A program made the translations under genes and the position numbers. A stretch of 64,000 nucleotides of DNA from assembly GCF_036321535.1 (NCBI RefSeq), contig NC_087447.1, positions 36,830,001-36,894,000 on the forward strand, in the 5' to 3' direction. Under the pieces are notes generated by a model. The model ran no database searches and was not told the origin of the DNA. It saw only the letters and a list, made by a program, of their open reading frames with translations. This document shows positions 27,316 to 39,872 of the stretch, one piece after another. The DNA is from Camelus dromedarius. Lineage: Eukaryota. Each line of letters starts with the position of its first letter. Within the stretch, counting starts at the first letter, position 1.

Positions 27316-29889
27316 AAACATGAAGCTAGGAGATAGAGGGAAATGTAATGCTGTTAATTCAGTTGCTATTACATAATAAAATCAAGTGTTTTATCAAGCA
27401 TATCTTAGTATATCTATTTATATTAGTTATCTGTATTAATGAGGGAGGAATGTTCTTTACATTTAAATACACATGCATTCCAAAGAAAACAATAATTAGT
27501 ATTTTGGGGGGTTTTATTTTTGTAACTTTTTGAAGGTCCAGTGTCAAATTCCATTGGTCTGTGTTGGGATACCTTTTTATTTGTTTGTGAAGTAAGCATC
27601 TGTACTTCAGTGATCTCTAGCCAGCCCGAGGTTCTCCAGATACTGAACAGAGCTGTCTGTGGGTGGGGTCAAACCCGCCTGTGACTTTTGACCATTGAAA
27701 ATGAAAGAAAACATTTGTGGTAAGAAACAACAGCACATGCTTGACCTCCAAAGCACACACATCTATAAATGGATAAAAGTGACTATTTAAGGTTGCTTCA
27801 AAAAAGAACCACTGTGTCTACAAAGAAAGAAACCCTAATTCAATGTTTGAAAAAGCAAACTATGTGTGGGTGAAAGAACATGTTTTTGTCAAAAACATCT
27901 GTGGTGTTCCCTGTGATGTATTTGATCCTGGTGGTAAATCAACACAGTTAAGTATTAGAGACAAAACTGACTTTTGGCAACTTATTATGTGATAAATAAG
28001 GTTAATTCAATCCAAAAGATCTCAGGGCTACCTTTAAACTGGTGTTATTTTGGCTAATTGCCAGATATACAAAATGAAATCCTCACCCTCAAATTGAAGA
28101 CATTGCCTGAATTTTTATCCAGCAGTTGCAGTTGGTTATGTATGTGTTTTTGGACTCTCGTTTTTATTTCTACCTTACCACTGTGTTTCCTAGAGGTAGT
28201 CTCCTTACTATCATAAGATAATTGCCACCAAGCCTAATTTTATAGGACTGAATTTTTCAACTCGCCAGATTTTTACATACTTGTACAATAGGCATGATTT
28301 ATAGATCAGTGAAGACCTTAAGAGTTTCCATAACCAATTTTATGGATGTATTTTCTTTCCCAAAGACTGAAATGACGAATTAGGGGGTGAAGTCCCCAAA
28401 ATAAAATGTAAAATCCACAGATATAAATAATTAGGCATGGAAATTTATCTCTGAATAAATTGGTTTGGTGAGATTAACTGAAGGCAACAGTAAAACAGGG
28501 TTTTCTACTGTCTGCAGGGATTTTATCAAAAGAAGCTAGGTTATGTCAAAAATAGTGAGTGGTATGATTTATTAGGTGATGAATTTTAAAAGTAGTGTCC
28601 AAATGTAAATACTGAAATCATTCAAAGTATTACTCAGCAGCTGCAAGAGCGATAGGAAAGGCTGACATGACAAATTTAGTCATTTCTTAATCACTGTCGT
28701 TAGGCACTACTGTCAGCTCCAAGAGGCAAATTTTCATCTTGATTTAAACCCGTAATGCTAATAGTTGAAACCTAGAAATTCTCAAAATCACTTGCTTGCA
28801 AAACACCTTTTCGATCATCTTAGATGTTTCTGTGACCCAATGTCATAAAAATATGCAAAAAATATATTGCATATGTCATCAAAGGAAATTTTCCATTCCC
28901 CACTTATGTGTTATAAAGAAGATATTATTTACTGTAAGATCCAAAAGTATTAATTAGCTGCCTTTGGTTTAAGTAAAATTGATTGTTAAGGCAGAAAATA
29001 GAGGATAATACGGGTCCTGTTCTGCTGTAGCCTCCCAATAAAAGAAGCAGTGACCCAACTCATTAGCCCTTTGATTTAATATATTGACACTTGGGTAGGA
29101 ATAATTCCGTTTAGTGGCTTTTGCTTCCCAGGGATCAATTTAATTAGTTATAAAATGTGACTTCTTGTCAGGAGCTAGAAGAAATGCTGACGTTAAATAA
29201 AGTCATACGCAATTTAAACAATAAAGCTATCGATGCCTGGTTAAAAGTTAATGATGCAAAAAAAATGGCTTAATAGAGACAACCTCAGCAGTGAAAGTGA
29301 TGCTAGGAAAATTAAGCTAAGTGGATGAATGAGGAATGGTGATGTTGTTGAATTGTTAAAACAAATTCATGGCTGGTCTGTTGGCTGGCTAGGTTGTTAA
29401 GTACATTATCCTTAAGCCTGGGAGACAGAACTAGTTCTAGCCTTCTTGCTCAGTACTGCTTCAGTGTGAGTTTCACGTATTTATAGGTTTTAGGATCCAG
29501 GGGAGGGAAGAAATCTTGTTTAGACTGTTTGGAGCAGAAAACTTCCTATAGCCAACTTCATGTTTGCGGGAAGGATGAAGTATTACTCATGTCCATCCTG
29601 TAGTGGCTTCCATGAAGTAGTCTCACATGAGTGCTCATTGGCCCCTAGCATTTCTGAAAAATACCACTATAGGAGCATTGCTAGTGCAAGGCCATTCCTA
29701 TTTGTATGAAAATATTTGAGATGAACTCTGGGTCTGCCTGGCAGCTTTCATATTTCCCTCCTTCTGGGCAGTGGTTACTATAAAAATAATTGTTCGCAAT
29801 TTAGAGAAATGTAACCTTCTTCACCTATGTGGTTAATGCCAATGCTTTTAAGTCATTTCTATAATAAATTATTGTTATTTTATGCCTCT

Positions 29890-30050
29890 AACTTCATCCA
29901 TACACTGGCTTCACCATGAACTTGAGCAATTTTTGTTTCAGTTTCTCTAGCATCAATCTACTTATGTTAAAAAGTGATGAGTTGGCCTAGAATTTAGTAA
30001 CTAGATGATTTCTAAAATGCTTTTTTGCTTTATAACTCCGTGATTCAATC
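29890..30050 (+). mobile_element. MIR3-like SINE fragment
   Basis: ...gagttggcctag...ctagatgatttctaaaatg...ctccgtgattc resembles the MIR3 tail. Confidence 0.55.
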
Positions 30051-31349
30051 GTAAATTCAAAATCAACTAGTTACTTCAGTCAAATCAATTGCTTTTGGAG
30101 TAGTATGGTCAAAATAACCAGTTGGTTGACTAAGTATCCCCTGATCTCTGCTGGTGTGTGCACACATACCACATGCGCCTCTCCTTTGGTTGTCTACTGC
30201 TGGGTCATTAACACTAGTTAGCGAAATAAAAGATAACCACATTTTATTGTCAGGCGAAATTTGTATCTCACTTCTCCCGCTGTTGCCTTTCCAAGTCATT
30301 TGCTCTTAAACTAAAGATGAGGCACATGTTTAAACTTGATGAGTTTTAAAATATTTTTTTTTTCTGGTTAAAGGAATTGATTTGTTCTATGGCTAAATTT
30401 TGTAAAGCAACCAAGGAAGAATTTTTTTTCTTTTCCAGTTTTGTCCCTAGTTTCTCTAGTCTCTGAAGTCAGTGGTTGCTTGGTGGGAATACAAGAGCAA
30501 TGAGCTGAGCTCTGGGAAGGAAGGTGAAGTGGGGATTTATGGTCTTTACACTCTACCAGCCTATTTCACCACTTTCTAGTGAAGCACATACCCTCTGCAC
30601 CTCTTCTTCCTGGAATGTACTGAGAAGTTTCAAGATTGAAGATCCTAGGCAAAAACTCACTGTTTTGGAAATCTGTTTATTGGATATTTTTTCCTGCTGG
30701 TTCAGCTGCCAAGGAAATTACTGTAGAGTTTACAGTAGATCATCAAAGTGCAGTGTATCCATCTAGGAAAGTCAGTGAATAACTTACCTTGTCTGTTAAT
30801 AGAAAATAACTGTGGTTGAAATTATAATAAACCATAAAAACCTTGACCTTCTAGTGAAATATGTATACTTAAAAGTGTTGGAGTGGGATGATTTAGAGTT
30901 TCATTTTTTGTTCGCACACTGACAGGAAGGACACATAGTAGTTAACTTTGAGAAGGTGCAGTTTGGAGAAGGAGCTGATGGACAAACTTTATCCAACAGA
31001 ATGACTTTCAGAAGCCTCCTAGGGAAGAAGAAACAATTTGGAGGCAAATGAACATGCTTACAGAGTATTTGGTAAAAACATTAACAGTAGTAGCAAACAT
31101 GTAAGAACAGAAGGGAATATTGCTGAGAAGAAAATCTGTGCCAGAGACAAGTTTTCCTTTGGAGTAAAGGTTATCTTTTTTTCCCTTTCTTATTGTTGGG
31201 GGAAGGGCAATTAATGGAGGACAAGAGGGAAATTGTGGGGGACTGATGTTAGATAAACTATTTTGTCTTTGTGTTGACATTATATTGGCTACAGCCTACA
31301 CAGAAGGGATGCCTGGAAAAAAGTAAGGAGAGAGAGGCATTAATATTTT

Positions 31350-31730
31350 TTAGTGTGCGTGGGTGCGCCAGCACTAGAGGGGCCCGTGTTTTCTTAGGGC
31401 TCAGATGGCAAAGCTAAGCATTCAGCCTACGGCAGGAAAAAAGTGCCTTTTTTGTTTTCTGACTGCAGAGTCCAGGCATTCCCAGGGGAACACAATGAAT
31501 GGCCCATTTTGTCCAACACGGTTTCATAGACATAGATTTCTTGTTTTTTCATAATTATTCTTGCCCGTCATTGGGTGTGCACATGACATTTGAGCGTGTT
31601 TTAAAGTCTTAACACACTCATGTGCCTGCAATAAAGTTACTCATAACAATCCCGGCTTTCTCCAGACAACAGAGCAGGGTCTGTTGTTTTCACAAGTCAC
31701 AGCAGCTGGGAGGCAATTGTGAAGACAACA
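31350..31730. promoter_or_regulatory. Candidate intronic enhancer (EGR, TEAD, SOX, MITF/TFE motifs)
   Basis: Motif matches only: TGCGTGGGTG 31356, CATTCC 31477, ACAATG 31492, GCACATGAC 31579, TCATGTG 31618, AACAAT 31645. Repeat-free with retained CpGs. Confidence 0.4.
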
Positions 31731-33184
31731 GCTTAATCTAGCTGGAAAGTACAGGAAGAGGAGAGTATACACTAAATTTCCTCCCATATTATTTAAACAA
31801 TGAAGAATTTTTTTTAAAGTGACTATGGGTGGTCTTACTCAATAACTGATTGGCAGAATGTACTTTAAATTTCTTTAGAATGTTGTCTTTAAATGTTAAG
31901 GATCTACAAGGTTACATTCATCATATTTGTTAATCAGCTAAAAGACAGGCTCAGGCAGCAGTACAGAGGCACATTTCAATGGCTGTGGAAGGTGTTACAG
32001 GACATTTGTTCTTTCTAATTTGTTAAGTAGCAATTGGTGTTTGTCTGAAAGTATGCTATAAGCAAGTAGTTATGAAGCAGTGGTTAACCTCCTTTGAAAG
32101 GTGTGTGAAAGACTAAGAGGTTCACGGTAATTCGCATCTTCATGCCGTGCTGAATTTCTGGTTTGCAGTCATTAGCAAGTTTTAAATTTCACACTGAATA
32201 ACAGAATTTAGGGAAGAGGAGAGTTACTTTGAAAGATTTAAATCTGGCCTGGAACATCCTAGTGGTAAACTGGCTGTGTTCTTTAGGGTGCTGAAGTGAA
32301 TCAGGTAATTTATATTTCATGTGGAGGGGAGGAGATAAGAAATGTGAGAAGTACAACAAAAAGAAGGAAACTTTCCCGTGTTCATCTGAGTTTTCAGATG
32401 GGGGTTGGGGGAGGGATTAAACAGGACTTCAGGAAGGAAGTGGTTTAAAAAGCAGGATTGGCAGTGCTATGCTGAAGTATTTCAAACTCCACTACTGTTT
32501 TCCCTTCAGGGAAACATTTTGTGAAAGAACTTCTTGTGGACTCTCAAAAGATATCTAGGTAGCACGAAAGTATTTGGTCTCTAAGACATTATGGTTTTAT
32601 TCATATTTTATTGGGAAAGATGAAGCAATTAGGGCTGGAAACTTTACTAAGTAACTCATCTCATCACTTTTTTAGGCACTCATAATACCTGAATATCTAT
32701 AATCTCATTTCACTTCCATTCTTAATGTGGAAATACTATTTCCTCTTGAAAGTGTTTTTAAATGGAAATATAACGGAGAAACCTGAATGCTGTTTGGGAC
32801 CATAGGATGACTATCACTCTCTTATCTCTCTTATATACTGACCATGAAGAGGCCTTTTCTTTCTGTTACTTATTGAGACCTATTCTATCTTCCTTAACTT
32901 TCTTTTTAAAAATTTTTTTTAAATATTATTTTTACTCTATTTCCCATATCTCTTCCCTATTCTCGGCAGAACATAGCACTGAAGGCCCAATAGCCAGATT
33001 CTTGGGTATCAAGATCTAGTGCAAAAGTTAATCCTTTTGTTGTCTTTGCTGATATTCATCCTGCAAGCCTTCATATCAAAGAATAATTAACTATGAGCAT
33101 ATGTTTATTTTAGTGCTTACCATCTAAGCTTAAAAATTTTATAATGTTTTCATTTATGGTCTTATCTGCACTGAATCAGTTTTT

Positions 33185-33355
33185 ATGTATATTTTCATTA
33201 ATCTTCATAAATATGCAACAATGAAGATTTTATCATCATCATTTGACAGATGTGGAAACTAAGGTTACACATCTACTTAGTTAGAGCCAGGTATCAAACT
33301 TAGGTTTCTGCAGTGTCAAAACCTGTGATCTTTCTACTATGCGAAGTTGCCTCCC
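33185..33355 (-). mobile_element. MIR SINE
   Basis: catttgacagatgtggaaactaagg...agagccaggtatcaaacttagg...tgcctccc. Confidence 0.75.
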
Positions 33356-33802
33356 AGTTACATGAAAGTAAGGAAATAGCAGTACCTAATTAATAGAAAG
33401 TACGGACGTAAATCACAAGATAATAATGCTCTTCTTCCTTCTTTTCCTCCCTCCCTTTCTAATTCAAAGAGCTATTAGGCAAGCCAGTTGAGGAAGGGAG
33501 CTGAGTTGAGTGGCAGCCGGGTGGGGATTGAAACCCCTGTGAGAAAAGTGGTTTATCAGGGTATGGGTCAATAAGAGTTGGGACCAACTAGATGAAGGCT
33601 GCCAAATGGGTAAGTAGCTTGGCAGGGTCAGGAGACTGGTTGGTAATATATAACTTATAGGAGATAGAAAAAAATAAGCATATGTATTTATACACACATA
33701 TGCATACACACACAAATACAAACATATATACAAATGTGTATATTCATACATAAAACATACATATACATATGTGTATATATATATTACAAGAGCTAGGTTT
33801 CT

Positions 33803-35497
33803 TATTTAATTAAATTTTTATTAAGGTATAATTTTATGTTAGTTTCAGGTGTACAGCGTAATGATTCAATATTTGTATATACTGCAAAATGATCATCATC
33901 CAATAAGTCTTGTTAATGTTCGTCACCATACATAGTTATGAAATTTTTTTCTTGTGATGAGAACTTTTAAGATTTACTCTCTTGACAGCTTTCAAATATG
34001 CAGGACAGTATTATTAATTATAGTCACCATGCTGTACATTACATCCCAATGACTTATTTATTTCTTAACTGGAAGTTTGTAACTTTTGACCTTTTTCACC
34101 CATCTCTCCCACTTTCTACTCTCTGCCTCTGACAACCACCAATCTGTTCTCTGTGTCTGTGAGCTTGAGCTTGTTTTCCCTCCATGACTCCACATATAAG
34201 TGAGATCATATGGCATTTTTTTCTCTGTCTGACATTTCATTCGGCATTATGCCTTCAAGGTCATCTATGTTGTCACAAATGGCAGAAGTTTTATGGTTGA
34301 ATAATATTCCACTCTATATATACACATCTTTTATATCCATTCAGTCATCTATGTATACAATGCATTGTTGTTTCCATATCTTGGATATTGTACATAATGC
34401 TGCAATGAACATGGAGATGCATATATCTTTTACAGTTAGAGTTTTTGTTTTCTTCAGATAAATACCCAGAAGTTGAATTGCTAGATCATATGGTAGTTCT
34501 CTTTTTATTTTTTTGAGAAACCTCTGTACTGTTTTCCATAGTAACTGCACCAGTTTACAGTCCCACCAATGGGCCACAAGGGTGAGACATTCTTACCAAC
34601 ATTTATTTCTTGTCTTTTTGATAATAACTATTCTGACAGGTGTGAGGTGATATCTCGTGGTTTTGATTTACATTTCCCTGATGATTAGTGAGGGTGAGCA
34701 TATTTTTATGTCCCTGTTGGCCATCTGTGTGTCTTTGAAAAGTATCTGTTCAGATCCTCTGTTCTTTTTTAAATTAGGGCTTTTTTGCTATTGAGTTGTA
34801 TGAGTTTTTAAAAGTATGTATTTTGGTATTAGCTCCTTATCAGATATATGGCTTGCAAATATTTTCTCTGATTAGGTAGGTTGCCTTTTCATTTTGCTGA
34901 TGGTTTCTTTTGCTGTGCAGAAGCTTTTTAGTTTGATGTAGTCCCACTTGTTAATTTTTGCTTTTGTTGCCTTTGCTTTTGTTCTCAAATACAAAGAATT
35001 ATCTCCAGCACTAATGTCAAGGAGCTTACCACTTATGTTTTCTTCTAGGATTTTTATGGTTTTAGGTCTTACATTCAAGTCCTTAATCTATTTTGAGTTA
35101 ATTTTTGTGTATACTGTAAGATAGTGGTCCAATTTTATTGTTTTGCAGATAGATGTTCAGTCTTCTCAGCACCATTTATTGAAGAGATTGTCCTTTCTCC
35201 ATTGTTTAATTTTGGCTCCTTTATCAGACATTAATTGGCCATGTGTGTGTGGGTTTATTTCTGGGCTCTCTATTCTGTTCCATTGATCTATGTGTCTGTT
35301 TTTATGCCAGTAATGTACTGTTTTGATTGCTATAGCTTTGCAATATAGTTTGAAATCACAAAGTATGATGCCTTTAGCTTTGTTCTTCTTTCTCAAGATT
35401 GTTTTGGCTATTCATGGTCTTTTGTGGTTCCATACAAATTTTAGGATTGTTTGTTCTATTTTTGTGAAAAAAAAAAGCAGTAGAATTTTGGCAGAGT
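33803..35497 (-). mobile_element. 5'-truncated L1 (about 1.7 kb) with disrupted ORF2 C-terminal region and 3' UTR
   Basis: Minus-strand ORF pieces ...[27 protein letters not shown]...LFNKWC, ...[21 protein letters not shown]... and ...WWDCKLVQLLWKTV...ELPYDLAI... are L1 ORF2 remnants. Confidence 0.97.
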
Positions 35498-35499
35498 TT

Positions 35500-36750
35500 T
35501 TAATTTTTTTAGAAAAGAGAGTTACAAATACAGTAAAGAGGAAGACAAAAATAGATTATGTGGTGCTGGATTAGAATTGGAAGTTATCAGTGTGATTTCA
35601 TTTTATATATATATAGGTATAGACTTATCTATACCTAGATATATGGATAGAAGTGGATATAGGTGTAAAATGTGTCTGTGTGTTTGTGTGTCTCTCTGTG
35701 TGTAACATATACCTAAATATATTTCTAAGGTCTAGGAGCAAAGTGCAAAGTACACCCTGGTAGTAATGAATGCACTTTGCACTCAGATCTGGGCTTCTAA
35801 ATATTCTCCTGAGTCTAGGTTTGGAGCAGGGAAAATACAGTATAAGAATGGAATGTCTTATTATTTCAGAAAGTAAAAACGGGCTTAAAGAATTATAGAG
35901 GCATAATAGAATCCAGCCTGAAGGGGCAACCTGTGTCTATATCTGACACATGGTAAGAATCAAAATTTTAGAAATGCATTGATTTCATTTAGCACAATTA
36001 GAATCCACACCGATACATACGAATAAATGAAAAATGAAAGAGAGAAGAGAAAGTTCTCTGTTATAGTAGAGTGCCAACTAACAAATGTACAAGACATTAT
36101 GGAAATAAAATCACCACTTGGCCACCATCATAGTAATAATGAACTCAGAAGAAATATGAAGAGATGCTAAAACTATTGAATGACAATCAGATGAGGAATA
36201 GGATATTTGTATAGTCTTAAAGTGTCTCCCCACACAATAATCAGGAAAATACAAAGGGAAAGTGTAATAGTATAGTGGGATACCTGACAGATACCACTTT
36301 ACTCAGGAGACATTGTGATTGGACAAATTGATATCATAAGCTACCTGATGGGATGCAGTGAGAGGAGCGTAGCAGAACTTCTGTGATATTTCTGCCAAAA
36401 ATGTATAACTTGAATTTAATTATAAGGAAACATCCAAAAAAAAAAAAAACCAATTTGGGGACATTCTACAAAATAACTCGCTTGAAATCTTTAATACTGT
36501 TTACGTCATAAAGGTCAGTGAGGAACTGAATAACTCTTCCTGACTGAAGGAGACTGACTAGACATGACAACACGTGATCCTGGACTGGATCTTGTTGCTG
36601 TAAAGGGTATATTGAGATAGTTAGTAAAACTTCCATAGGGTCGTTGAAGGATATATTGCAGTTCTTCTCAACGTTCCAGAATTCTTCCTGTTAATTTGAA
36701 ATTACTTGAAAATTAAAAAAAAATAAACTACTTAAAATACAAAAAAAAAA
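35500..36750 (+). mobile_element. Old L1 3' UTR (L1MC-type)
   Basis: aaagtgtctccccac...cttctgtgatatttctgccaaaaatgtataacttgaatttaat...ggacattctacaaaataact...gacatgacaac...tgatcctggactggatc; A-rich end. Confidence 0.8.
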
Positions 36751-37359
36751 TGAATTAACTTTGATTCAAAGTTTAAGAACAGAAAGTGGTGGTCACTATG
36801 ATAGTCAGGTAAAAACTGTGATCTCAGTATACTTAGAAAATTCTTACAAGGAATTCTTAAAAAGAACACATTATTGATCCATTTTTATGCCCTTTTCAAT
36901 TGTATTTGAATGCATTAGCCTTCATGTTTGGAAGAACACTGTAAATGATGAAATATTGGGGTCTAGGCTGTGGTTACTGCTGCTCCTAACAAATATTTTA
37001 ATCAATATGTTCTTTTTAGCTTCTGAAATCCAGAAATGTCACTGTTGATTTGATTTCAGTGTTGATGGAATAAATTTCTAATAGTATCCTGTCAAGAGAT
37101 TCATCATCAAGAGATGAACATAGCTTGCTCTTGCACTTTAGAGTATTGAGGTTGGAAGAAATAACTGATTCATTATTTCCATTGTAGCCAAAAAAAAAGG
37201 GATCATATCATGTCCAACAATGATGGAGCCAGATTTAAACTTGGATTAATAACTGGATCTTCTTAAATTTTAGAAAGAAAAACATTAATAACCACAGAAA
37301 AATTCTGTTTAGTGGTAGTTGCTTGGCTGACTAAATCTTAATCTCCCTTTACATTGAAA

Positions 37360-37570
37360 GGCACTATGGTAAAAGGCAGCAGAACCACTTGGTTTTGAAC
37401 CCTAGCTTTGTCAATTTGATAACTCTGTGGTCTTAGTCTTTCTGAATCAATAAAATCGCATAATTATATCTTACTGAACCACGTTGTTGTTCACATTACT
37501 TGAGATAAACTGTGCAAGTACCTAGCATATATTTTCTGGAAAGTAGTAGGTCTTCAAGAAGTCATAAGCC
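37360..37570 (+). mobile_element. MIR SINE
   Basis: ttggttttgaaccctagctttgtca...gagataaactgtgcaagtacctagcata...tagtaggtcttcaa. Confidence 0.65.
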
Positions 37571-38329
37571 TAATTTCTTATGCATCTTTATTTCTGGAAA
37601 CAATGCTGTATGTAGAACGATGATGAAGGCCCAGATAAAACATTTCCTGGCTTACAGATAGGTATCTGTGGTAAATGTAGAGGAAACAATGTACATTTGT
37701 ATGGTAATTCATATTTTTCAGATAATTTTCACATCTACTGAAGTAGTTTTCACCTTGATTCCTTAAGGTAAGCATTAGAAATGTTATTCCCTTATTTATG
37801 TACAAGAAAATCAAGACTTACTGGCTTAAAAGTAAAATAGTGGAAGAACCAGTATTTCAGCCTAGTCTTTTAACACCTAAGCGATGGATTTTTTATTTTC
37901 CAGGGTTTCTTAACCTTTTAAAACCCGTGTACCACCTAGATAAGCAAAAAATAACTTTATACAATTCTTTAATGTTGCATAAATTTTCATTTAGGTTAAT
38001 GTTATGACACAAGAGAAGCAGTTTTATCTTCCAAGATGCCCATTTTAATGTTAAATATTTGCGAGTTTTTCCTAGACAATGTGGCAGTGAGAAAACAAGG
38101 TCAGTCACTTCTAACATGAGCCACGTTGCCCAGCTTTGTCTTCCTTATCGTAGATACAGTAAAACCAGAGTCGCAAATAAATGTGGATGAAATTTGGTTT
38201 ATGGCATGAGAGTCTGTGCACTTGTATATACTATTTCAAACTTTACCCACCCTTTCTAATAAATTACTTTCTTACTTTATTCTCATTTCCTTACAACGTG
38301 GCCCAAGGTACCTTGAAAATTCCTGTATC

Positions 38330-38556
38330 ATTAGGCACATTGGTTAAGAGTAGGACTCTGGAACAAGACTGCCTGGACTTATCAGCTGCCTGAACTTGAG
38401 GCAAGCTATTAAGCTTCTCTGTGCCTCGTGTATAAAATGGAGAACGTAACAGTACCTACCCATGAGGATGTTCTGAGAAGTAAATGAGTTCACGTGTAAA
38501 GTACTTAGAAAAGTGCCTGGCACATTGCAAGTGCTGTATCAGTGTTGCTGTTGTTA
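38330..38556 (+). mobile_element. MIR SINE
   Basis: tggttaagagtaggactctggaacaagactgcctgg...aaagtacttagaaaagtgcctggcacattgcaagtgct. Confidence 0.85.
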
Positions 38557-39007
38557 CCGGTGGTACTGTTACCATTATTATTATCACCCAAGCAATTACC
38601 ATAGTGGCTTAAAGCAATGTAATAACATGGTAATATTATTGTAATGTCATGAGAATCAAATTAGATTAACATCTGTCATTAGGTCTTCTTTACTATGTAC
38701 TTTAATTTTTATGCCTGATAAAATAATTCATAATCTCTTATTAACCTTCCTTAGATATATCAGTGAAATATTTTTCTTTATGTTCTGCAAGATCCTTCTT
38801 TAATGATTCTTCTTATAAACCTTTATAGAATAAGATAGACACAGCTGTGTATCTCAGAGCTTTTTCTCCTATCTACTCTTTACAAATATGCTTTGAGGAT
38901 TCTCAAGTCATGTATACACCACCACCCCAAAGCTTATCCTGGGGCAGGATCACCCTTTCCCTCACTGCATAATGAATCTCCAGGATGAGAGAGCATGAGT
39001 AATGAAG

Positions 39008-39008
<1 letters not shown>

Positions 39009-39038
<30 letters not shown>
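39009..39038. repeat. (CA)n microsatellite
   Basis: acacgcacacac... run. Confidence 0.95.
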
Positions 39039-39099
39039 TTCTGAAATGTTCTCCAAAAATGTACCTCTTTGAGAGATCACTGTAGTGGTCTGAAATGAT

Positions 39100-39300
39100 C
39101 ACATCTAAATTCAGTGGGTGGTGTCTACTATGTGCTAAGGACTTTACGTCATTTTCTCTTCACAATTTTGTGAGGCAGGTATTATTATTATTATTTTAAT
39201 AAGGAGAAGAATGAAGTTAAGCAATTTGTTACATTACTGTCTCTGAACTAGATCTTTTAATGTCAATTCACTTATTCCAAAGCTCGTTCTACCATAATAC
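39100..39300 (-). mobile_element. MIR SINE
   Basis: tctactatgtgctaaggactttac...tcacaattttgtgaggcaggtattattatt. Confidence 0.65.
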
Positions 39301-39744
39301 AACTGATTCTAAATGAAATGATGCACTTTTCATAATTTTTTTTGTTACAATAAAACTTTTAAAGATGATTGAAATCTATTTTTATATCTACTCTTGCTTC
39401 GTCTATACATATACATTTTGGGAGATCAGCTTCTGGGACTAAGGAATAGGCTGCTCGGGCTTACAGCGCTCAGTGAATTTGGTGTCCTTGTGGTATGAAT
39501 TGCTTTTCTGTCCAAGCTAAAAGCAGGTGGGACAAGGCTGTCATTTTGACAATTAGTATAAATGGAACAACAAAACACCTCCAAGGTAACCTGGCAGCTC
39601 AGGAGGGCTGCAGTGTGAGCCCAGACTTCCCAGTGAACCCCTTTTTCTGTTTAATGCTAAAGTAGAATTTTACTTTTCCCAAGGATGTTCTTAATACCCC
39701 TTACCCACAAAGGAAAGCCCCTTATCATTTTGGAAAGAATTTGG

Positions 39745-39872
39745 GCTGCAGAAGATACCAGTTTGAATTCTGGTTCTGCCACTCACTCACTAGCTATAGT
39801 GTTGGGTAAATTAATCTTTCTTAATCATTGTTATCTGTAAAATAGAAAATTAATGCATACTTCATAGGATGG
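39745..39872 (+). mobile_element. MIR fragment
   Basis: gtttgaattctggttctgccactcactcactagctatagtgttgggtaaatt...atctgtaaaatag. Confidence 0.7.

Noticed and set aside
31368..31386. CTCF-like GCACTAGAGGGGCC
   Set aside because: Mismatches at key consensus positions; cannot be called without a PWM score or ChIP data.
32400..32415. G-rich runs as possible G-quadruplexes (also about 6961 and 50177)
   Set aside because: Fewer than four proper G3 tracts.
34341..35396. ORFs with clear protein similarity (also 14199-14405, 40295-40522, 43144-43365)
   Set aside because: Broken L1 ORF2 remnants in 5'-truncated elements, not host genes or active retrotransposons.
35739..35783. Hairpin with a miR-17-like start (CAAAGTGC...GGTAG) and 10-bp arms agtgcaaagt/actttgcact
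   Set aside because: Lies in an L1MC fossil. The central sequence differs from miR-17-family members and the stem is too short for a pre-miRNA.
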